Origin: Cyanobacteria bacterium J06626_4
Lineage (GTDB): Bacteria > Cyanobacteriota > Cyanobacteriia > Phormidesmidales > Phormidesmidaceae
NCBI GenBank assembly: GCA_038523235.1
Contig: JBCBJQ010000091.1
Location: 1-24,268, forward strand
Reading direction: 5' to 3'
DNA length: 24,268 nt
Each line of letters starts with the position of its first letter. The stretch's first letter is position 1. Position numbers and translations under genes: made by a program. Shown in pieces: positions 17,900-24,268 of the stretch. Below the pieces are notes generated by a model that was not told where the DNA came from, searched no databases, and saw only the letters and a list, made by a program, of their open reading frames with translations.

Positions 17900-18727
17900 A
17901 TGTCCGTGACTGCTGAAGAGTTGGCATCCCCACCCGCGACGGCCCCCGTGCCTGACTACATTCAAGAACGGCGATCGCTCGTTTTCCTCGTGTTGTCAGG
18001 GCTATTTCTCGGCACCCTGGGGATGCTGAATATCTTGGGGATTAGCCGCTTCGTCCAGATTTTTGCCTGGCATGATGTGGTGGTGACCGTGGCCGTAGGG
18101 GCGCTGCCATATCCGCTGACGTTTCTCTGCACCGATCTGATTTCCGAGCTCTATGGCCGCCAGCGGGCCAATCAGGTGGTGTGGGTGGGGCTACTGCTCA
18201 ACTTTTGGGTGGTATTCGTCGTCTGGCTCGGGGGGGTGCTGCCGGGGTTTGAAGCGATCGATCCGGCGACCGGAGAAATTATGCGTGATGCGGCCGGACG
18301 CCTGCCCGTGTTTTTTGAAATTCGGAATTTGACCTTTGGTACGGTGACCGCCTCAATGGTGGCTTACCTGATGGCTCAGTTTGTCGATGTGCAGCTCTTT
18401 CATTTTTGGAAAACGCTGACCCAAGGCAAATACCTCTGGCTGCGCAACAACGGATCAACGCTGCTGAGCCAGCTGGTCGATACGGCGGCGGTGGTGTTGA
18501 TTGCTCACTTTTTAGCGGGGGTGCTGCCCGTAGTGGCCGATCAGCCGCTTTGGCCTCAACTCATTGCGTTTATTGGCTATGGCTATGCTTTTAAATTTGT
18601 GGCAGCCCTGCTCGATACGGGGCCGTTTTATCTCTGTGTTTATTGGCTATCAAATTATTTACAGTTAGCCTCGCCGGTCTTTACGTCTCGTCTCAACCCA
18701 GCCCAGTCATTGGAGGGCGAGATATAG
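17900..18727 (+). CDS. yhhQ: Queuosine precursor transporter (VUT/YhhQ family)
   Basis: Motifs YPLTFLCTDLISELYG, AS..AYL.AQFVDV, LWLRNNGSTLLSQLVDT and K..AALLDT. Multiple TM helices. Confidence 0.88.
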   Translation: MSVTAEELASPPATAPVPDYIQERRSLVFLVLSGLFLGTLGMLNILGISRFVQIFAWHDVVVTVAVGALPYPLTFLCTDLISELYGRQRANQVVWVGLLLNFWVVFVVWLGGVLPGFEAIDPATGEIMRDAAGRLPVFFEIRNLTFGTVTASMVAYLMAQFVDVQLFHFWKTLTQGKYLWLRNNGSTLLSQLVDTAAVVLIAHFLAGVLPVVADQPLWPQLIAFIGYGYAFKFVAALLDTGPFYLCVYWLSNYLQLASPVFTSRLNPAQSLEGEI

Positions 18728-18862
18728 CCGTCTTGTTCCTTGGGATGCTGCTCTGAAACGGGACGTAGTAAGGCATAATCAGGCTGAACCGCGTCGGCCT
18801 TGGGTCACCGCTGCTGTCGTGGTATAAACTGTAGACTTTCTACGACCTCTAGTTGACTCTTT

Positions 18863-19663
18863 ATGACCCGCGTTGTTGTTTTGACATCTGGTAAAGGCGG
18901 CGTTGGCAAAACGACTTGCACCGCCAATCTGGGGATGGCCCTAGCGCAGAAAGGGCGGCGGGTGGCAGTGATTGACGCCGACTTTGGGCTGCGCAATCTC
19001 GACCTACTGCTGGGGCTCGAAAACCGCATCGTTTACACGGCACTAGATATCTTGGCCGGAGATTGTCGGCTTGACCAGGCGCTGGTTAAAGACAAACGCC
19101 AGCCAAACTTAGCCTTGCTGCCGGCAGCGCAAAACCGGTCGAAGGAATCCATCACCCCCGAGCAGATGACCGAGCTGGTGGCCAAGCTGTCGGCAGCGGG
19201 CTATCACTTTGTTTTAATTGACTGTCCGGCAGGGATTGAGGGCGGCTTCAGAAATGCGATCGCCGCCGCCAAAGAAGCTGTGATTGTCACCACGCCAGAG
19301 ATTTCTGCCGTGCGCGATGCCGATCGCGTGATTGGTTTGCTCGAAGCTAACGACATCAAAGCGAAGCGGCTCATCATCAACCGTCTCAAGCCCGCCATGG
19401 TGCAAGAAGATTTGATGATGTCAGTGCAAGATGTGCAAGATATTTTGGCTGTGCCATTATTAGGCGTTGTGCCCGATGACGAACGCGTGATCGTCTCCAC
19501 CAATAAAGGTGAACCCTTGGTGCTCGAAAAGAAACTCTCCCTCGCGGGGGTCGCCTTTTCTAACATTGCCCGGCGGTTTCTCGGTGAAAAAGTGCCGTTC
19601 TTAGATTTGGCCGCGCCTCACGATGATCTGTTTTCGCGATTTCGCCGCATGTTTCGGGGCTAA
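18863..19663 (+). CDS. minD: Septum site-determining ATPase MinD
   Basis: Motifs TSGKGGVGKTT, DADFGLRNLDLLLGLENRIVY, DCPAGIE and VRDADRVIGLL. C-terminal amphipathic helix FSRFRRMF. Confidence 0.98.
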   Translation: MTRVVVLTSGKGGVGKTTCTANLGMALAQKGRRVAVIDADFGLRNLDLLLGLENRIVYTALDILAGDCRLDQALVKDKRQPNLALLPAAQNRSKESITPEQMTELVAKLSAAGYHFVLIDCPAGIEGGFRNAIAAAKEAVIVTTPEISAVRDADRVIGLLEANDIKAKRLIINRLKPAMVQEDLMMSVQDVQDILAVPLLGVVPDDERVIVSTNKGEPLVLEKKLSLAGVAFSNIARRFLGEKVPFLDLAAPHDDLFSRFRRMFRG

Positions 19664-19708
19664 ACCGTTGATCGCCCGTCTAGTAATCTGTCTTGTATTG
19701 ATTTGCCC

Positions 19709-20215
19709 ATGCTGAGTGAACTGTTAGATCGGCTCTTTAACCGCGGTCGCACCGAAACTAGCCGCACCGCCGTCAAGCGCCGGTTGCAATTTGTATTAGC
19801 CCACGATCGCGCCGATTTGACGCCGGACATGGTCGAGCAAATGCGGCAAGAGATTTTGGCCGTGGTGTCTCGCTATGTTGAGATTGACACTGAGGGGCTG
19901 GAATTTTCTCTAGAAAATGACGATCGCATGACCGCTCTGATCGCCAACTTGCCCATTCGTCGCATTCGACCCACGCCGATCGCCGCCGAGATGCCGGTAG
20001 ATGCGCCGACGGCAGCCGATGCCGACTCGACAGAGGCAACAACCGGAACTGCTGAAGTGATGGTGGCCGAGGCGATAGAAACGGCTGCAGGCACCGAAGC
20101 GGATACGGGCAAGGCTGCAGAGGACGCTGCAGAAACCGGGGATGCAGCAGCTCCCAGTGATGACAACAGCGACGAAAAACCGCCCGCGACCGCTGATACA
20201 CCGGTGGAGTCTTGA
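19709..20215 (+). CDS. minE: Cell division topological specificity factor MinE with an acidic C-terminal extension
   Basis: Motifs [33 protein letters not shown] and [11 protein letters not shown]. It follows minD. ATG at 19709. Confidence 0.93.
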   Translation: MLSELLDRLFNRGRTETSRTAVKRRLQFVLAHDRADLTPDMVEQMRQEILAVVSRYVEIDTEGLEFSLENDDRMTALIANLPIRRIRPTPIAAEMPVDAPTAADADSTEATTGTAEVMVAEAIETAAGTEADTGKAAEDAAETGDAAAPSDDNSDEKPPATADTPVES

Positions 20216-20218
20216 CTC

Positions 20219-20632
20219 ATGACGGAGGCGCAATCGTCCCAGACGGCACTGCAGCAGGGGGCTGAGGCACTGCACCTAGAGGCGATTTCGCGTCACATTT
20301 TGCTCTGTGCTGATCAAACGAAGCCGAAGTGTTGCGATAAGGCGACCAGTCTCGTCGCGTGGAACTATCTGAAGCAGCGGCTGCGAGAGCTGAATTTGAC
20401 AGCGCCCACTGAGCAACGCTCTAGCTGTGTCTTTCGCACCAAGGCCAATTGCCTGCAGGTTTGCCAGCAGGGGCCGATTTGTTTGGTTTATCCCGATGGG
20501 GTGTGGTACCACAGTGCCGAACCGCCCGTGCTGGAGCGCATCATTCAAGAGCATGTGATCGGCGGCAAAGTTGTTGAGGAATACGCCTTTGTCGTAAATC
20601 CTTTGCTACCCTTAGGGGCAACTGACGAATAG
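20219..20632 (+). CDS. Thioredoxin-like [2Fe-2S] ferredoxin
   Basis: [14 protein letters not shown] ... [21 protein letters not shown]. Confidence 0.9.
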   Translation: MTEAQSSQTALQQGAEALHLEAISRHILLCADQTKPKCCDKATSLVAWNYLKQRLRELNLTAPTEQRSSCVFRTKANCLQVCQQGPICLVYPDGVWYHSAEPPVLERIIQEHVIGGKVVEEYAFVVNPLLPLGATDE

Positions 20633-20902
20633 ATCGTCGGTGGCGAGTTAAGTCTGAGGCGAGTCTTGAACCCCTCAGCCAGCAGGAGGAATCAGTCGGC
20701 TGGTGCCGTTACTGAGCGATCACAGACTCTTCACACGGATGGCTCACTGTTATCACGCGATCGGGCATAAATGCGTAAGTAAATAAACGATACGAAATTA
20801 GGAACTTCAGTAATCTTTCGCTCTGTTCGTATCCTATTCCGTGAGAGTGGGTAACCTGTAGTAGGGTTAATTGACATTGATTTTTCACACAAGCAGGTCA
20901 GC

Positions 20903-21550
20903 ATGAAAGACGGGAATGCGGGGGATCAGAAGACGCTACTGCTCATTGATGATGATCCCAATTTGATCTTGCTAGTTAAAGACTATTTAGAGTTTCGGGG
21001 CTACAGCGTCATCACCGCCGAAAACGGTCGGGAGGCGTTAGACATCTTGAATAGCAACAATCCTGACATGATCATCTGTGATGTGATGATGCCAGAGATG
21101 GATGGCTATGCCTTTGTCGAGCATGTGCGTGACAATCCCGAAACGGAATGGATTCCCGTCCTCTTTTTATCTGCCAAGGGGCAAAGCCAAGATCGAGTCA
21201 AGGGCCTCAACACCGGCGCTGACGTCTATATGGTGAAACCGTTTGAACCGGAAGAATTGGTCGCCCAGGTGGAGTCGTCGCTGAAGCAAGCGTCACGATT
21301 GATTCGCCAGCAGGTGCGGGGTGCCTCTTCAACACCCACCATTAGCGTGCCTTTTGATGTTGAACTCACCCCGACCGAACTTAAGGTGGTGCAGTTTGTA
21401 GCACGAGGCATGGCAAACCGCGAAATCGCGGAAGAGCTGCAGGTGAGCCAGCGCACGATTGAAAGCCACGTCAGCAACATGCTCGGCAAAACCGGCCTGC
21501 ACAACCGCACCGAGCTAGCCCGCTGGGCGATCGAAAACAGTAAGGCGTAA
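20903..21550 (+). CDS. NarL/LuxR-family two-component response regulator
   Basis: Receiver domain LLIDDD...DVMMPEMDG...KPF, plus a LuxR HTH (LTPTELKVV...GMANREIAEELQVSQRTIESHVSN). Confidence 0.93.
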   Translation: MKDGNAGDQKTLLLIDDDPNLILLVKDYLEFRGYSVITAENGREALDILNSNNPDMIICDVMMPEMDGYAFVEHVRDNPETEWIPVLFLSAKGQSQDRVKGLNTGADVYMVKPFEPEELVAQVESSLKQASRLIRQQVRGASSTPTISVPFDVELTPTELKVVQFVARGMANREIAEELQVSQRTIESHVSNMLGKTGLHNRTELARWAIENSKA

Positions 21551-21573
21551 ACGGTACATTCGCCGCGAAATCG

Positions 21574-21603
21574 CTGACTTAACGACAGCTAGTTTGATAT
21601 GCT
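21574..21603 (+). promoter_or_regulatory. Candidate tRNA promoter (extended -10)
   Basis: TG-A-TATGCT at 21595-21603, 13 nt before the tRNA. CTGACT at 21574-79 is a possible -35. Confidence 0.5.
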
Positions 21604-21616
21604 AGTTGTCCGATGT

Positions 21617-21689
21617 GCTGGTGTAGCTCAGTTGGTAGAGCTGCTGATTTGTAATCAGCCGGTCGCAGGTTCGAGTCCTGTCACCAGCT
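21617..21689 (+). tRNA. trnT: tRNA-Thr (anticodon UGU)
   Basis: Acceptor stem GCTGGTG/CACCAGC, D arm GCTC-AGTTGGTA-GAGC, anticodon stem GCTGA/TCAGC with loop TTTGTAA, T arm GCAGG-TTCGAGT-CCTGT. No CCA is encoded. Confidence 0.97.
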
Positions 21690-21773
21690 TATTTTTAAAC
21701 CTGTATGAGGCAATGTTTTGTCTTGGCGGTGAGTTTGTAAAGCGCCAGCCTGATCAGGCATAGCTTGTGCTGT

Positions 21774-22214
21774 CTACATCGTGACATCGCCTTCAACATT
21801 GCCCACAACCTTACCCCCAAACACCTGCCCGATCGCCTGATTCTTCTCTCCGACAATATTCTGGACAATCTGGTTGCCTGGGGTACTATCCGGAGATTCG
21901 TCCTTCATGATTTGCGAGATCGCCGTCGCCAAGTCTGGATTTTCGCTTATCAGCGTCTGTAACTCTTCTTCCCAGGCGGCTTTCCAGGCAGGGCTCTCGG
22001 GCTTACTGGCAACTTGAGTGGCTGCAACCTTGAGGCCTTCCTTTTCTTCGACTTTGGGTCGTAGACATCCCCAAATCTTTTGGGCTTTTGCCCAGGCAGC
22101 TTCACCAAATTTCTCGGACACCACATCGGTGACGTTACTTGCCGCTTGCCCCCCAAGCTTCAGTAGATGAGGAAGAAATGGAGTCAAAAATGCTGTTACT
22201 AAGGCGATATCCAT
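21774..22214 (-). CDS. Small alpha-helical protein (Bell-like effector) with a C-terminal amyloid-like motif
   Basis: Strong SD GGAGG. Hydrophobic N-terminal helix MDIALVTAFLTPFLPHLLKLGG, a helical body, and tail GNQIVQNIVGEKNQAIGQVFGGKVVGNVEGDVTM. The ORF is well supported; the family call is inference. Confidence 0.7.
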   Translation of the reverse strand: MDIALVTAFLTPFLPHLLKLGGQAASNVTDVVSEKFGEAAWAKAQKIWGCLRPKVEEKEGLKVAATQVASKPESPAWKAAWEEELQTLISENPDLATAISQIMKDESPDSTPGNQIVQNIVGEKNQAIGQVFGGKVVGNVEGDVTM

Positions 22215-22562
22215 AATTCCTCCAGAAAATTTATAGAGATGGCAATGTCGTCATCGCCTTTACTTTAGCGTTTGCCTCACCACATTTCTGGCTAGGGCAA
22301 ACACGCTCTGATTAAGGTGTCTTGATGCCTCGGCCAATCATAGTGAGATGCACAACAAGGGGGGCAAGGTGTCTAGCCCCATATTGGAGAGTTATGAGGA
22401 GTCCTGCCAGCTGCCACTGCAGGCATTATCAGCCTTGAGCAGGAGACACATTAAGTTATGTGATCGCTGAGGTGATTTATCTGGAAGCGCAATCAATCAA
22501 ATGAATTTAATTAGCGTGTCGAGCATTTTTGACATCACCGATTCTGATATAGGCTCTGCTGC

Positions 22563-24268
22563 ATGGATCTTCGTTCAAGATCGCTACTGCCACCAAAAAT
22601 CTTTGCTGAAGCAGTGGTGCGATCGCATAGTGGCGAATCATTATTGCGTTCATCCAGGCTCATCACCAGTGAGAACGTGGCGTTATTTCACGCCACCCCC
22701 AATCTATTGGGTATTGCGGCAGAGCGGCTGCGAGCAGCAGACTTTGAGGTACTGGATATTGGCTCGTCATCGATTAATATTGCTGCTGCCCCCGAGGTTT
22801 ACGCACGTGCCTTAGGAGCCAATCTAGAAGTTATCGAACGCCCTGTTACCAAAGATCTGGGCCGTCGTGAGATAGCCGACTTTATTAATTCGGCAGATCC
22901 CGCTCCACTGGGGGAGATCGATATTGCCCAGACGACCTGGTTTGACATTCTTGATGGGGTCGTTATCAATGAACCGACCTATTTCTTCCAGCGAGGGATG
23001 CCCAGCGCTACCCCACCGCCAACGGACACTCGATACTTGCAAGTTACTAATGAACTCGCCGCCGAGCTCGGAGCCGCCCCAGCCCATGAACGGGGTATTA
23101 CGGGCAAAGGGGTCAAAGTGGTGGCTGTGGATTCAGGATGTTATGCCGAGCATCCCTACTTTGCTCGCCAAAATTATCGTTTACAGGTGGTGCTAGGGCC
23201 AGGAGCAATTAACCCAGCAGTAGACCGGCAAGGTCATGGCACGGGGATTGCCGCTAATCTCTTGGCGATCGCCCCCGATGCCGACCTCACCATCATCAAA
23301 GCTGACATTTCCCCGTCCGGCATTGTGAATTCCGCAGCCGCCTTCCGACGTGCCGTGGCGCTCAACCCCGACATTATTTCCTGTAGTTGGGGGGTAGATG
23401 TCCGTAACCTCAACCAACTGTCGTCCTTTGATCGGGTGATGGCTGCGGCAGTCGCTGATGCCGTGCGTCAAGGCATCACTGTGGTCTTTTCTGCGGGCAA
23501 CGGCCAATGGGGATTTCCCGCTCAGCATCCTGATGTGATCGCTGTGGGCGGCGTCTACAAATACCTGGAAGGATCGCTCAAGGGCCGATTCATCGCCAGC
23601 AACTACGCCAGCAGCTTTGTGAGCACTATTTACCCTGGCCGCCAGGTGCCCGATGTTTGTGGCTTGGTTGGCCGGTTGCCTAATGCCACTTACATTTTGT
23701 TGCCGGTGTCCCCCGGCAGCGATCTAGATCGCCGATATGCCCTGATTCAGGATGAAACCGAGGTAGACGATGGCTGGGCGGCCTTTAGCGGTACTTCGGC
23801 ATCGGCAGCTCAGTTGGCTGGAGCCTGTGCTTTGCTCAAGCAAGCGGCGCCCAGACTCGCACCCCAAGCCATCAAGCAGATTTTGCAGGCAACTGCCAGT
23901 GATGTTTTAGAAGGCAACAGTAACCCCGCTAGTGGTAATGGATTTGCCAGAGCCGGACCAGATCTGGCGACGGGCTATGGATTAGTGGTGGCTGATCAAG
24001 CAGTGGCAGCAGCCCAGAGATCAGTAAATAGCCAATCTCTCAATGTTAGTAACAATCGTCAAAGTTTATTTCAGGCTGGGATAGCGGATAGAGAACTCAG
24101 GCCGCAACTGCAACAAGGACAAACGCGAAGACAACTCAGGAGAACAACTATGGTGGACTTTTTAGATCGCTCTACTCGGCGAGAGCTTATTGAAAGGATT
24201 GATGAGATCGAATTTAAACTCAAGGAATTTTTCCGGACAGAATATGAGGAATTAGCTAACAAAGATAT
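22563..24268 (+). CDS. S8 family (subtilisin-like) serine protease with pro-domain and C-terminal extension (partial, runs off the right edge)
   Basis: Manually translated open frame from ATG 22563 (MDLRSRSLLPPKIF...). Triad: Asp in TGKGVKVVAVDSG (23130), His in GHGTGIA (23235), Ser in FSGTSAS (23796). Oxyanion Asn in FSAGNG (23499), plus GYGLV. No stop before the window end. Confidence 0.92.
   Translation, partial: MDLRSRSLLPPKIFAEAVVRSHSGESLLRSSRLITSENVALFHATPNLLGIAAERLRAADFEVLDIGSSSINIAAAPEVYARALGANLEVIERPVTKDLGRREIADFINSADPAPLGEIDIAQTTWFDILDGVVINEPTYFFQRGMPSATPPPTDTRYLQVTNELAAELGAAPAHERGITGKGVKVVAVDSGCYAEHPYFARQNYRLQVVLGPGAINPAVDRQGHGTGIAANLLAIAPDADLTIIKADISPSGIVNSAAAFRRAVALNPDIISCSWGVDVRNLNQLSSFDRVMAAAVADAVRQGITVVFSAGNGQWGFPAQHPDVIAVGGVYKYLEGSLKGRFIASNYASSFVSTIYPGRQVPDVCGLVGRLPNATYILLPVSPGSDLDRRYALIQDETEVDDGWAAFSGTSASAAQLAGACALLKQAAPRLAPQAIKQILQATASDVLEGNSNPASGNGFARAGPDLATGYGLVVADQAVAAAQRSVNSQSLNVSNNRQSLFQAGIADRELRPQLQQGQTRRQLRRTTMVDFLDRSTRRELIERIDEIEFKLKEFFRTEYEELANKD

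Larger units (their letters stand above)
2847..23272. repeat. Dispersed HIP1 octamers (GCGATCGC)
   Basis: More than 20 copies read directly, e.g. 2847, 3654, 5314, 5619, 6095, 6708, 7604, 7815, 8987, 9975, 10134, 11117, 11182, 12219, 12767, 14008, 14671, 15012, 15044, 22619 and 23265. This is a hallmark of cyanobacterial DNA. Confidence 0.9.

Noticed and set aside
18728..20632. Absence of minC next to minD-minE
   Set aside because: A minDE-ferredoxin arrangement with minC elsewhere is already known in cyanobacteria such as Synechococcus elongatus.
21660..21773. att site or integrase marking an integrated element at tRNA-Thr
   Set aside because: No duplicate of the tRNA 3' end and no recombinase in the window. 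Island status remains an inference.
22394..22438. 14-codon ORF MRSPASCHCRHYQP in the divergent spacer
   Set aside because: The SD is only 3 nt from the ATG and the ORF is too short to tell from chance.
22501..23528. ORF-track entries 22501..22815, 22824..23087, 22924..23196 and 23193..23528 suggesting a fragmented pseudogene
   Set aside because: They are off-frame or antisense to the single uninterrupted S8 protease frame that starts at 22563.
24020..24080. N/Q/S-rich protease linker as the amyloid partner motif of the Bell-like protein
   Set aside because: It lacks the Gly-punctuated alternating hydrophobic repeats of the 21774-21878 tail, and no convincing alignment is seen.
1..24268. CRISPR array, IS element, rRNA, tmRNA, RNase P or SRP RNA
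   Set aside because: I found no regularly spaced direct repeats, transposase ORFs or recognisable signature sequences.

Overview
This is a cyanobacterial chromosomal window, judged from psbD/psbC and more than 20 HIP1 GCGATCGC octamers. It has four parts. (1) Core genes at 1-10.7 kb: psbD 3' end, psbC, a small membrane protein, dxr, guaD, a LapA-like membrane protein, aroK, argB, ilvC and a SigB-type group 2 sigma factor. Two long intergenic regions here are unusually structured (4.5-5.2 kb and 8.9-9.66 kb). (2) A redox/detoxification cluster at 10.9-17.7 kb: two TetR regulators with readable palindromic operators, a TrxB-like CxxC flavoprotein, GST, a PNPOx-like protein, an unannotated 39-aa ORF coupled to a NifX-like protein, an SDR and a ChrR-type cupin. 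(3) Core genes again: yhhQ, minD, an extended minE, a 2Fe-2S ferredoxin, a NarL-type response regulator and tRNA-Thr(UGU). (4) Directly after the tRNA, a probable accessory/conflict locus. It holds a small helical Bell-like protein with a C-terminal N/Q/G/V amyloid-like motif, divergent from a signal-peptide-less S8 subtilase. The subtilase is missing from the ORF track because it runs off the window, and it carries a strong in-frame internal translation start. All family calls come from reading the sequence; no database search was run.
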